Assembly (NCBI GenBank): GCA_031409655.1
Contig: JANNXQ010000032.1
Coordinates: 1 to 64,000, forward strand
DNA: 64,000 nt
DNA from: Chthoniobacteraceae bacterium
Lineage (GTDB): Bacteria > Verrucomicrobiota > Verrucomicrobiia > Chthoniobacterales > Chthoniobacteraceae
Reading direction: 5' to 3'
In this document: one piece after another, positions 1-9,184 of the stretch
Position numbering within the stretch: position 1 is the first letter of the stretch
How the letters are laid out: each line of letters opens with the position of its first letter
Position numbers and translations under genes: made by a program
The notes under the pieces: model-generated
Seen by the model: only the letters and a program-made list of their open reading frames with translations
Database searches by the model: none
What the model was told of the DNA's origin: nothing

Positions 1-170
1 CGCGCCGTGTACTCGGCGAGCGTGGCCCCGCGGTAATCGGTCACGCGGAGTTTCGTATATTTCTCCGAGCGCGCGCAGCCGCTGAAGGCTCCCAGGCTCC
101 AGGCGCCCAGCACGGCAAAGATTACGCTTCGTGAAGGGGACGCGCCGGGGGTTTTGTGACTTCCGTTCAT
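1..170 (-). CDS. Putative lipoprotein, N-terminal part (runs off the window edge)
   Basis: Manual translation from ATG at 170: MNGSHKTPGASPSRSVIFAVLGAWSLGAFSGCARSEKYTKLRVTDYRG..., hydrophobic stretch ending in lipobox-like FSGC; no stop before position 1. Confidence 0.6.
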   Translation of the reverse strand, partial: MNGSHKTPGASPSRSVIFAVLGAWSLGAFSGCARSEKYTKLRVTDYRGATLAEYTA

Positions 171-206
171 TGGGTAGGGCTTGGAGTGCGGAGGATGGCT
201 TTTCGT

Positions 207-1568
207 TCAAGGGGCCACCGCCACCTGCACGCGCGCATACCCTTCGAGCACCGGATCGCCATTGTCGCGCACAATCAGCAGGACCGGCAGATCCACCGGC
301 GCGGTGCCGGCGGGCACGATCAGTCTGGCCTTCGCCGTGCCGTCCGACTCGATCTTGCAGCCATGGTTTTCGTTCGGAGGCAGGTCGATCAGCCATTCAA
401 AAGTCAGCGCCTGGTTGTCCGGATCGCTGGAGCGCGAGGCGTCGAAGGCGAGCGTTTCACCGGGCTTCACCCGGCAGGATGCGTCGCCCGCGATGCGGGC
501 TTCCGGCGCGTGATTGGCGCTGCGGTAGGGCTTCACACACCAGTCGAGCCGCGCCTGAAAATCGGCCTGCACCGGCCGCCGCCAGCGATAGACCGACGCC
601 AGCCTGGGATCGGGATCGCCCGCCGCGCCGGCATCGGCACGGCTATCGACGCCGCGCATCTCGGTCCCATCCAGGCGCCCGCCCCAACTGCTCAGGCCCA
701 GACGTTCCGGCTCATTGAGACCATTCGGAATCAGCGCGAGGAAGCTCGGGGACGCGCTCTCCTTCATCCCCAGAACCTGACCGAGCCGGTCGGACCAGCC
801 GTCGGCGCCCTTATAGTCAGGGTAGTTTTCGGCGAGCACGCCATGGCCCTTGCGGACGTGGGTCGTGAGCCACTCGGGATTCACCAACTGGAGATCGCCG
901 CCGCGATACATCCCGCGAAATGCGACCTCCCGCTGGATGTAGCGCAGCGTCGGAAAATTAGCGCGGAGCCAGGCTCCCGTGGAGTCCTGGTCGCCGATGG
1001 CATGGATGCGAAACTTGTTGGAAAAGACGAGCGCGTCGCCCTCCGTCCGCGTGGCGCGAACTTTCCACAAGGCCTGCGCGATGTCCGCCGTGCCGCCCCA
1101 GGCACAGACCCAGATGGGCCGCGGATCGTCCTTGCCCCCCGCTGCGATGATCGCCTCGGAAGCCTCGGTATCGTGGCTGCGTCCGATCGAGTCATTGACC
1201 CGCAGCCCAGAAGCCGCAAAGGGCTGGCCGCTTTTGATTGCCCGCAGCAGGCGTTCTGGCGCCGGGTAATCAGCGGCGTGGAGCAGAAGATTGGGCCGCA
1301 CCTTCGCATACACCGCCACCGCTCCGCGCAGCAGCTCGGGCCGCACCTTTTGCCCATGCTCGAGATTCGACGATGCGACGAGCAACTCGATGTCGAGCAG
1401 GTTGCTGTAGAGGAGCAGGCGGATGAGCGACTGCGCGCCGTCGCAGTCCCGGAGGTCTGGGCTGAAGCTGTTGACGTTCGTCAGGACGATGACGCGCGGC
1501 TTCAAAGTCTCTGCGCTGCACGGGGCGAGCAGCAGGAGCCAGAGAAGGAGGGGGCGGAGGGCGCGCAT
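207..1568 (-). CDS. Secreted DUF1593 / nucleoside-hydrolase-like protein with C-terminal Ig/PKD-like domain
   Basis: Signal peptide MRALRPLLLWLLLLAP; KPRVIVLT..QSLIRLLLYSN, WGG, DQD, DFQARLDW, ANHAP, DASRSSDPD motifs. Confidence 0.8.
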   Translation of the reverse strand: MRALRPLLLWLLLLAPCSAETLKPRVIVLTNVNSFSPDLRDCDGAQSLIRLLLYSNLLDIELLVASSNLEHGQKVRPELLRGAVAVYAKVRPNLLLHAADYPAPERLLRAIKSGQPFAASGLRVNDSIGRSHDTEASEAIIAAGGKDDPRPIWVCAWGGTADIAQALWKVRATRTEGDALVFSNKFRIHAIGDQDSTGAWLRANFPTLRYIQREVAFRGMYRGGDLQLVNPEWLTTHVRKGHGVLAENYPDYKGADGWSDRLGQVLGMKESASPSFLALIPNGLNEPERLGLSSWGGRLDGTEMRGVDSRADAGAAGDPDPRLASVYRWRRPVQADFQARLDWCVKPYRSANHAPEARIAGDASCRVKPGETLAFDASRSSDPDNQALTFEWLIDLPPNENHGCKIESDGTAKARLIVPAGTAPVDLPVLLIVRDNGDPVLEGYARVQVAVAP

Positions 1569-1644
1569 GGAGGAGCCGTCTGATAGCTTCGCGCGGGCAG
1601 CGGGGCAAACACGAATCCCGGTCGCGGATCGACCCAAACCGCCA

Positions 1645-1660
1645 TGGCACCGGCGCTGCT
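1645..1660 (+). promoter_or_regulatory. Candidate sigma54 -24/-12 promoter
   Basis: TGGCAC-CGGCG-CTGCT (GG-N10-GC) ending 12 nt before the ATG at 1673. Confidence 0.4.
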
Positions 1661-1672
1661 CGGAGCGGAACC

Positions 1673-2272
1673 ATGAAGACGACCCTCATCCTCGTGCTCC
1701 TGGGCCTCGCCACGCCTCTGGCCCGGGCCGCGGACCCGGCGGCGGGCGTGCTCACTGAGATCAATCTCGCCCGCACCGAGCCGCAGCGATACGCGGAGAT
1801 CATCGCCGCGCGCATCCCGGGGCTGAGCAGTGGCAGCTCGCAACGCGCCGCCCGGGAGGCCGTCCGCTGCCTGGAAAAATTGTCGCCCTTGCGCCCTCTC
1901 GTGCCCTCGCCCGGCCTGAAGGCCGCCGCCGCGGAACAGGTCGCCAGCGCCGGAGCGCGCGGATTGCGCGGACACCAGGGCACGGATGGTTCCTCACCGT
2001 GGGAGCGGATGGATCGTCACGGTCGCCGCTGCGGCACGGCGGCCGAGAATATCGCCTACACCCGGGGCGATCCGCGCCACATCGTGACGGCACTCCTGAT
2101 CGACGCCGGCGTCTTCAGTCGCGGGCATCGCAAGAATTTGCTCAACCCGGCCTTCCGCCACGTCGGCATCGCCTGCGGCCCGCACGCCCGCTACGGCTCG
2201 CTCTGCGTCATCGATCTCGCCGCCTGCTTCATCGAAAAGGCGCACCACCTCGCTTCCGCATCCGCTAGGTGA
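1673..2272 (+). CDS. Secreted CAP/SCP domain protein
   Basis: Signal peptide; EINLAR, GHQG, AENIAY, GHRKNLLNPAFRHVGIA motifs. Confidence 0.85.
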   Translation: MKTTLILVLLGLATPLARAADPAAGVLTEINLARTEPQRYAEIIAARIPGLSSGSSQRAAREAVRCLEKLSPLRPLVPSPGLKAAAAEQVASAGARGLRGHQGTDGSSPWERMDRHGRRCGTAAENIAYTRGDPRHIVTALLIDAGVFSRGHRKNLLNPAFRHVGIACGPHARYGSLCVIDLAACFIEKAHHLASASAR

Positions 2273-2346
2273 GGCTCGCGCCGCGGCGGTGGCCGATGAA
2301 TTTTGAGCGGCCGAGGCCGTCGATTGTCTCCACCCTCCCGCGAAAA

Positions 2347-3486
2347 ATGGATTTCTTGCCCCGACCGCTCCTGCTCCTCCTCAACGCCGCCCTGGTTTTC
2401 CCAGCCAGTCTCCTGGCGGAAAGTGATCCGGCTCGCGAACCCTCCGTCGTTGCCGTCGCCAAGGCCATGCCCGCGGTGGTGAACATCAATACCGAACGCG
2501 TCGTGAAGCGCACCGTCCGCGATCCGTATGACGATTTCTTCAATCAGTATTTTGGCGGGCCAATGCGCCGGCCACGCACCTTTGCGCAGAAGGTGCAGAG
2601 CCTCGGCTCGGGTTTCATCGTCACTCCCGATGGCTACATCGTGACGAATGAGCACGTCGTGGAGCGCGCTGAGGATCTGAAAATTTCCGTGACTACGAAT
2701 GACGGCAAGACCTACGACGCGCGCTACATCGCCGGTTCGGCCGAGAGCGATCTCGCTTTCATCAAAATCGAGAGCAAAGAGCCGCTCGTGCCGATCAAGC
2801 TCGACGATCTTTCGCCCAATCACCTTGGCCAGACCGTGCTCGTGCTCGGCAATCCGCTGGGCTACGGCAGCTCCGTGAGCCGCGGCATTCTCAGCGCGAA
2901 AAACCGCACCGTGGCGGTGAATGACAGCGAATTCAAAGACCTGCTCCAGACCGACGCGGCGATCAACCCCGGCAACAGCGGCGGCCCGCTCGTGGATCTC
3001 GCGGGCAAACTCGTCGGGGTGAGTTCGGTGAAGATGGCGTTCACGCCGCAGGGGGTGCCGACGCAGGGCCTCGGCTTCGCGATCCCGGGATCGACGGTGC
3101 GCGAAATGGTGGAGGAATTCAAACGCACGGAGGCGAAGGCGAAGCTCACGAAAAAGTCCGGCCCGGAGACGCTCGCGCGGAAGCACTTTGGCCTCCAGCT
3201 TCAGGATCTCACTCCCGAACTCCGCGCGAGCTTCGGCTTCGCACCCGGCAGCGGCGTGCTCATCGCGGAGGTGGATCCGCGCAGCCCGGCGGAGGGCGCC
3301 GGGATGAAGCGGGGCCTGGCGATCCATCAGGTCGGCCGCTATCAGGTCGCGAGTTTGCCGCAACTCGAGGAGTTGCTGGGTGTGGTGAGCACCGGTTCAC
3401 AGGTGGACTTCACCGTCGGCGTCATCCGCAACGTCAGTGGACGGACCGTCCGCCAGGTGCAGACCGTGACGCTCACCGCGCGATGA
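2347..3486 (+). CDS. DegP/HtrA-family serine protease with PDZ domain
   Basis: LGSGFIV, TNEHVV, SDLA, QTDAAINPGNSGGPL catalytic motifs; C-terminal PDZ (SPAEGAG); signal peptide. Confidence 0.92.
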   Translation: MDFLPRPLLLLLNAALVFPASLLAESDPAREPSVVAVAKAMPAVVNINTERVVKRTVRDPYDDFFNQYFGGPMRRPRTFAQKVQSLGSGFIVTPDGYIVTNEHVVERAEDLKISVTTNDGKTYDARYIAGSAESDLAFIKIESKEPLVPIKLDDLSPNHLGQTVLVLGNPLGYGSSVSRGILSAKNRTVAVNDSEFKDLLQTDAAINPGNSGGPLVDLAGKLVGVSSVKMAFTPQGVPTQGLGFAIPGSTVREMVEEFKRTEAKAKLTKKSGPETLARKHFGLQLQDLTPELRASFGFAPGSGVLIAEVDPRSPAEGAGMKRGLAIHQVGRYQVASLPQLEELLGVVSTGSQVDFTVGVIRNVSGRTVRQVQTVTLTAR

Positions 3487-3491
3487 CGCCG

Positions 3492-3611
3492 CCGGGAGCG
3501 CCGCCGTCCCGTGCGGCATCGTTTCCTCCGCGCAGCGCCATCTGCTTTGTCGAAGAGACAGGCGCTCCGCGCGGACTTGGAGAATGCCGCACCGGACGGC
3601 GGCGCTCCCGG
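3492..3611. repeat. GGAGC-capped palindromic (REP/REPIN-like) element
   Basis: Arms CCGGGAGCGCCGCCGTCCCGTGCGGCAT and ATGCCGCACCGGACGGCGGCGCTCCCGG (28 bp, 1 mismatch); related copy at 50354-50433. Confidence 0.8.
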
Positions 3612-3745
3612 GACCTCCTATCCACGCCGCACTTGTCATTCCGGAAGTCGGACGCTATTTCCAACCTCCCCGCCGCAGACCGCCTGGTCTGCTCGGTCCT
3701 GCGGGTGCGGCTTTCGCCCCGCGGCTCATCCTTCCACCGCACGCC

Positions 3746-4678
3746 ATGATCAAAGTCGAAAACCTCACCAAACGCTACTCAAGGGTCCCGGCGATCCAGG
3801 ACCTAAACTTCGAGGTCGCCAAGGGAGAGATCGTCGGTTTCCTCGGGCCCAATGGCGCCGGCAAGAGCACCACGATGAAGATCCTCACCGGCTACCTGCC
3901 GGCCACCTCGGGGCACGCGTCGATTGCCGGTTTCGATGTCTTCACCCAATCTCTCGAAGCCCGGCGCCGCCTCGGCTATCTGCCCGAAAATACCCCCCTC
4001 TACACCGACATGCGCGTCAACGAATACCTGCGCTATCGGGCTCGGCTGAAAGGCGTGCCTTCCTCAAAACTCCGCGAGCGCGTGGGTGACGTGTTGGAAC
4101 TCTGCAATCTGCGGGAGGTCGAGCGGAAGCTCATTGGCGCACTCTCCAAAGGCTACCGCCAGCGCGTCGGCCTGGCCGATGCCCTCGTCCACGATCCCGA
4201 ACTGCTCATCCTCGACGAACCGACCATCGGCCTTGATCCGAACCAAATCCGCCACGTGCGCGAGCTCATCAAGAATCTCGGCGGCAAACGCACCGTGCTC
4301 ATCTCCACCCATATCCTTCCCGAGGTGGAGATCATGTGTTCCCGCGTCATCGTCATCCACAAAGGCCGCATCCGCGCCTCGGACACCGCCGAAAACCTGC
4401 TGAAAAATCACCGCTCCCTCGGCGCCATGCGCGTGGAGGCCAAGGTGGGCGATAACTCCGCCGCCGATGAACTCTCCCGGCTCGGGGGCGTCAAGGACGT
4501 GAATGTCGAACGGGAAGGCGAGTGGTCCATCTTCCAGCTCCGCCTCGAGGCCAGCGCCGACCCCAGCGAAGAAGTCTGGAAGCTCGCCCAGGAAAAGCGT
4601 TGGAACGTCCGCGAAATGACCCGGCGCCGCTCGACGCTGGAAGATGTCTTCGTAGAACTGACCCACACCGACAGCTAA
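3746..4678 (+). CDS. ABC transporter ATP-binding protein (GldA-like)
   Basis: GPNGAGKST Walker A, LSKGYRQR signature, LILDEPT Walker B, STH. Confidence 0.92.
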   Translation: MIKVENLTKRYSRVPAIQDLNFEVAKGEIVGFLGPNGAGKSTTMKILTGYLPATSGHASIAGFDVFTQSLEARRRLGYLPENTPLYTDMRVNEYLRYRARLKGVPSSKLRERVGDVLELCNLREVERKLIGALSKGYRQRVGLADALVHDPELLILDEPTIGLDPNQIRHVRELIKNLGGKRTVLISTHILPEVEIMCSRVIVIHKGRIRASDTAENLLKNHRSLGAMRVEAKVGDNSAADELSRLGGVKDVNVEREGEWSIFQLRLEASADPSEEVWKLAQEKRWNVREMTRRRSTLEDVFVELTHTDS

Positions 4679-4687
4679 CCGCCACCG

Positions 4688-4763
4688 CTCTTCCTCTTCC
4701 TCTTAATCTTCCTCTTCCTCCTCTGGCGATTGAGACGAGGAAGATTAAGAGGAAGAGGAAGAG
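4688..4763. repeat. Polypyrimidine/polypurine hexamer-based inverted repeat
   Basis: CTCTTCCTCTTCCTCTTAATCTTCCTC (4688-4714) and its exact reverse complement (4737-4763); related copy at 48466-48550. Confidence 0.8.
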
Positions 4764-4799
4764 GAAGACCCCACCACCACCTTTCCGCTCACCGCACCC

Positions 4800-5555
4800 A
4801 TGTCCACCTTCCTCACCCTCCTCGGACGCGAGATTAAATCGTTCTTCTACAGTCCGATCGCCTACGTCGTCCTCTTCTATTTCCTCCTCCTGTCCGGGTT
4901 TAACTTCTACTTCCAGATCTCCATCCTGAATGGCTACCCGACCGATGTCAGCATCGTGGAGGTCTTCTTCATGCCGGCGCTTTTCTGGTTCCCATTTATC
5001 CTCAGCTTTCCGCTCATCACCATGCGCGTCTATTCCGAGGAGTTTCGCATGGGCACCCTCGAAACCCTCACCACCGCGCCCGTCACCGATTGGCAGGTGG
5101 TCTTCTCCAAATTCTGCGGCGTGCTCTTTTTTTACGTGATCCTTTGGGCGCCGAGCCTGTTGTCGTTCATTGGCTTCAAATACATCACCGGCCACGACGC
5201 CGCCGCTGCCGCTGGCGCTTACTGGGGCACTTACCTCCTCCTCTTCCTCATGGGGATGTTCTATATCTCCATCGGTTGCCTGGCCTCCGCTTTGACCAAG
5301 GACCAAATCAACGCCGCTACGATCTCCTTCACGACGATCACGCTCCTCCTTTTCCTCGGTTTCCTTTCAGACATCGTCGGCATCACCGATCCCACCTTGA
5401 AGCAGATGAATACTTACATCTCCGCCGTCGAACACATGCGGGATTTCTCGAAGGGCATCATCGATTCCCGGCCGATCGTTTGGTATCTCTCGATGACCGC
5501 GCTCATCACCTTCCTCACCCTCCAAGTCTTCCAATATCGGAAGTGGAAAGCCTGA
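4800..5555 (+). CDS. ABC-2 type permease (GldF-like)
   Basis: About 6 TM segments; REIKSFFYSPIAY, ITMRVYSEE.RMGTLE.L.T.P motifs. Confidence 0.88.
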   Translation: MSTFLTLLGREIKSFFYSPIAYVVLFYFLLLSGFNFYFQISILNGYPTDVSIVEVFFMPALFWFPFILSFPLITMRVYSEEFRMGTLETLTTAPVTDWQVVFSKFCGVLFFYVILWAPSLLSFIGFKYITGHDAAAAAGAYWGTYLLLFLMGMFYISIGCLASALTKDQINAATISFTTITLLLFLGFLSDIVGITDPTLKQMNTYISAVEHMRDFSKGIIDSRPIVWYLSMTALITFLTLQVFQYRKWKA

Positions 5556-5579
5556 TCCTCAATTTTTACCACCCCTCGT

Positions 5580-7166
5580 ATGGCCAATCCCCAAGCACCT
5601 GAATCCGCACCCACGCCGGCCAGCGTCGGCCCGAAAGAACCGGCCCCCACGGAAACGCCGCGCAAAGTCGTCCGCATCGGCCGGGCCACCATCGCGCTCA
5701 ACGTACTCACCCAGTTTGTCGTCTTCCTCGCCATCATCGGGATGGTGAACTACGTCGGCTTCCGGCACTTCAAGCGCTGGGACTTTTCCCGCGACAAGAA
5801 ATATGCGCTCTCCACGCAGACCAAGGCCCTGCTCGCCAGCCTGCCGAAATCGGTGAAGGCCGTGACCTTCTTCTCCGGCGGAGCCGAGATCTATCCCGAC
5901 GTGCAGGCACTCCTGCGGGAATATGAGTATGCCTCCAAATCGCGTTTCAATGTGGAGGTCGTTGATCCTTATCGGAACATCACTCGTGCGCAGGAACTGC
6001 AGACCAAGTATAAGTTTGGCGCGAATGAGAATATCCTGATCCTCGATTACGACGGAAAGTCGAAGTTCGTGAACGCGACGGACATGGCGGAAGTCGAGAT
6101 GCCGGATCAAATGGCGCAAATGATGGGCCAAGGTCCGAAGCTCAAAGCGTTCAAGGGAGAACAAGCCATCACCACCGCGCTCATGGAGTTGGTCGAGAGC
6201 AAGCCCAATAAGATCTACTATCTCAGCGGACATAGTGAGGCCGACCTCGCGGGTGACGAATTGAAGATTTTTAACGAAGCCTTAAAGCGGCAGAACATTC
6301 AGGTGGACGCGCTGACGCTGCTCAACGAAAACGCGATTCCCGCCGATGCGCGCAGCATCGTCCTCAACGCTCCGAAGTATGACCTCTCGGAACTCGAGCT
6401 GAAACTCCTCGGTGAGTTCTTCGAGAACAAGGGCCGCGTCTTCGCGATGCTGAATCCCAGCGTGAAAACTCCCAGACTCAATGAGTGGCTGACCCAGCGG
6501 GGCATCACGCCGGCGGGAGACCGGGTGATCAAAACCGGACCCTCGCTCGTCCAAGGCGAGGATGGCGCGGTCGCGTTAAAAACGGGCGTCATCAGCAGCC
6601 CCGCCTTCACGGTGGTGGACAGCCAGACGAAGATGACCAAGGATCTCACCAGCGCGACCGGGCAGTTTCTCGGGCTGACCCAGTCGCTGATGCTGGATCG
6701 GGTGAAAGAGCAGACGGATAAGACACGACTGACGGCACTCCTCCAGGCGGCCGAAGGTTATTGGGGTGAGTCGGAGTTTTCGACGGACACGCAGACCCCA
6801 TTCTTCGACCCGAAAAAAGACCGCATGGGACCGCTGACCCTCGCGGCGGCAGCGGAAAAAGGCGGTTTGGGTGACAGCCGCGTGAAAGTTGAAACGTCGC
6901 GGCTCGTCGTGATCGGCAACGGCGAATTCTTAACGGACAAAGCCTATCGTCTCTCGGAGGGGCTGACCGTGGATTTCTTTACCAATACGCTGAACTGGCT
7001 GCTGGATCGCGAAGAACTCATCGGCATCCCAGCCAAGGAAAAGAAGCAGACCACCATGAGCCTGAACGAACTGGAGATGAACCGGCTGAAGACCTTTGTA
7101 CTCCTGGTCGTCCCGGGCCTCGCCGGGCTGTGTGGCATCGCGAACTGGTGGATGCGCCGCAGTTAG
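5580..7166 (+). CDS. GldG-like ABC transporter auxiliary component
   Basis: N-terminal TM, RWDFS..KKYALS.QT, GHSE, NWL and C-terminal TM ending in RRS. Confidence 0.82.
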   Translation: MANPQAPESAPTPASVGPKEPAPTETPRKVVRIGRATIALNVLTQFVVFLAIIGMVNYVGFRHFKRWDFSRDKKYALSTQTKALLASLPKSVKAVTFFSGGAEIYPDVQALLREYEYASKSRFNVEVVDPYRNITRAQELQTKYKFGANENILILDYDGKSKFVNATDMAEVEMPDQMAQMMGQGPKLKAFKGEQAITTALMELVESKPNKIYYLSGHSEADLAGDELKIFNEALKRQNIQVDALTLLNENAIPADARSIVLNAPKYDLSELELKLLGEFFENKGRVFAMLNPSVKTPRLNEWLTQRGITPAGDRVIKTGPSLVQGEDGAVALKTGVISSPAFTVVDSQTKMTKDLTSATGQFLGLTQSLMLDRVKEQTDKTRLTALLQAAEGYWGESEFSTDTQTPFFDPKKDRMGPLTLAAAAEKGGLGDSRVKVETSRLVVIGNGEFLTDKAYRLSEGLTVDFFTNTLNWLLDREELIGIPAKEKKQTTMSLNELEMNRLKTFVLLVVPGLAGLCGIANWWMRRS

Positions 7167-7191
7167 GTCGCCCCTTTCCACTGCCACTGAG

Positions 7192-9168
7192 ATGAAACTA
7201 AAGAACACGCTAATCCTCCTGCTGACCGCGATGGGCGCCTTTGCCTATATCTGGTTTGTCGAACGCCATCAGAAGTCCACCCGCGAACTGGAACAAGACG
7301 GGAATTTGGTCGTCAAATTTGACCGGGATCTGGTGGATACCGTCTCGATCAAGAGCACCGAGGGGAAGATCGAGTTGAAGAAGGATGAAAAGTCCATCTG
7401 GCAACTCGTGGAGCCGATCAAGGACCGCGCGGATTCCCTCGCGCTGCACCAGCTTTTCACCGATACCGAGAGCTTAAAGTTCGTCGAGAAACTCGACGAG
7501 AACGGCCAAGGGGTGAGCAAGGACAAGCTCAAGGAATTCGGACTTTCTGATCCGACGACCAAGATCCGCTTCTCCGGCAAGGAGAAGCCGGTGGAGATTC
7601 AATTTGGCAAGGATGCGGCCACGGAGGGCAAGCAGTACATCAAGCTGGATGGGTCGAATGTCGTGTATGTGATCAATAACTCGCTGAAGGCGATGATCGG
7701 GAAGAAGCTGGACGAGTTTCGCGACAAGCGGCTGAGTGCGGTGGCGGCGACGCTGGTCAATAGAATGACCCTCAAAACCCCTGCCGGTGAAATCGAACTC
7801 TCGAAGGACCCGAGTAATCACTGGTCCCTGATCAAGCCGCTGAAAGCGCGCGGTGACGATGCCAGGATCGGCGATCTCATCGCGCAGGCTGCGAACGCGC
7901 GCGCGGATTCGTTCGTGGGGGAAACCGCGAACCTGAGTGCCTTTGGCCTGCAGGAACCAAGGGCCACGGTGACGCTTTACCCATCGGGTGGCGAGCAACC
8001 GCTGGTCCTGGATCTCGGCACGAAAGCCAAGGACGAGAAGGAAAAGGAAAAGACTTACGCGCGCGTCTCGGGGCGCGACGCGGTGGTGCTGCTTCCGAAA
8101 ACGATCGATGCGCTGATCGACACGAAGCCGAACGATCTCCGCGATCGGAATCTGACCCGCTTTGAGAATGACATCGTCGATCGGGTGACGGTGGAGGGTG
8201 CGGGCAAGGAGAAGATCGTCCTTGCGCGGAGCGGTGAATCGTGGGTGCGCAAAGTGGGCAACAAGGATGTGGCCATCAACAGTCCGAGCGCCGCGACCAT
8301 GCTCGGGAGTCTCGGCGCGCAGGAGGTGGCCACCTTTGTCGCAGACGTCGCAACAGATCTTCCCAAATACGGTCTCGACCAGCCGAGTCTGAAAGTAACT
8401 CTGAGCAGCTATGCGAGCGAGAATACGGCGGAAACGAAGGCGGGCGAGAAGCCGATCGTCACGGTAATTTTTGGCAAGACCGAGGGTGATAAGGTTTATG
8501 CGAAACTCGACGACGAACCTTTCATCGTCTCGGTCCCGGCGTCGCTGCTCACCTTGATCCCGACCGAGGCGATCGAATGGCAGCCGCTCGACATCTTCAA
8601 ACACCAGGCCGAGGACATCACAGCAGTGGAAGTGATGCGTGCAGGGCAGCCCGCGTCAGCGATCGAGCGCGACAAGGACAAGAACTGGAAGCTCTCGAAA
8701 GGTGACGGTGCTGTGAACCAGGTCAATGCAGGGTCGCTGGTCAATACTCTCGCCGGGCTGCGCGCCGTGCGGTGGCTGGGCGCCTCCAATCCAGAACATG
8801 GGCTGGAGAAGCCGGCGCTGACCGTCACTTTCAAAACGGCGACCGGAGGAAGCGGGCGGCTCACCGTCGGCGCGGCCACGGCGGACGAAATGTGGCAGGC
8901 GAGCGCCGAGGGATTCACGGGCACGTTCCTACTGAATCGGCCGGACAAGTCGGCTTTTGAAGTGACCTTGCTCGACCAGCCGGGAGGAGCCAATCCGCCG
9001 ACGGCTGAGGCCGGCACGCCAGCGGCTTCCGGCCCCGCAGGGGTGACGACTTTGCCCCCGACTCCGCCGGAGCCGATCAAGGAAACGCCGCCGGCGTCCG
9101 CCAAGCCCGCGACGCCAACTGAAGTTCCGGCGCCGCCTCCACCGAAGCCGCAGTCTCCTCAGAATTGA
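7192..9168 (+). CDS. DUF4340 domain protein (repeated units, Pro-rich tail)
   Basis: N-terminal TM; repeated FGL..P/YGL..P, W.L..P and RD++L units; usual partner of GldAFG-like cassettes. Confidence 0.75.
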   Translation: MKLKNTLILLLTAMGAFAYIWFVERHQKSTRELEQDGNLVVKFDRDLVDTVSIKSTEGKIELKKDEKSIWQLVEPIKDRADSLALHQLFTDTESLKFVEKLDENGQGVSKDKLKEFGLSDPTTKIRFSGKEKPVEIQFGKDAATEGKQYIKLDGSNVVYVINNSLKAMIGKKLDEFRDKRLSAVAATLVNRMTLKTPAGEIELSKDPSNHWSLIKPLKARGDDARIGDLIAQAANARADSFVGETANLSAFGLQEPRATVTLYPSGGEQPLVLDLGTKAKDEKEKEKTYARVSGRDAVVLLPKTIDALIDTKPNDLRDRNLTRFENDIVDRVTVEGAGKEKIVLARSGESWVRKVGNKDVAINSPSAATMLGSLGAQEVATFVADVATDLPKYGLDQPSLKVTLSSYASENTAETKAGEKPIVTVIFGKTEGDKVYAKLDDEPFIVSVPASLLTLIPTEAIEWQPLDIFKHQAEDITAVEVMRAGQPASAIERDKDKNWKLSKGDGAVNQVNAGSLVNTLAGLRAVRWLGASNPEHGLEKPALTVTFKTATGGSGRLTVGAATADEMWQASAEGFTGTFLLNRPDKSAFEVTLLDQPGGANPPTAEAGTPAASGPAGVTTLPPTPPEPIKETPPASAKPATPTEVPAPPPPKPQSPQN

Positions 9169-9184
9169 GGCAAGGTCGTCGCCT

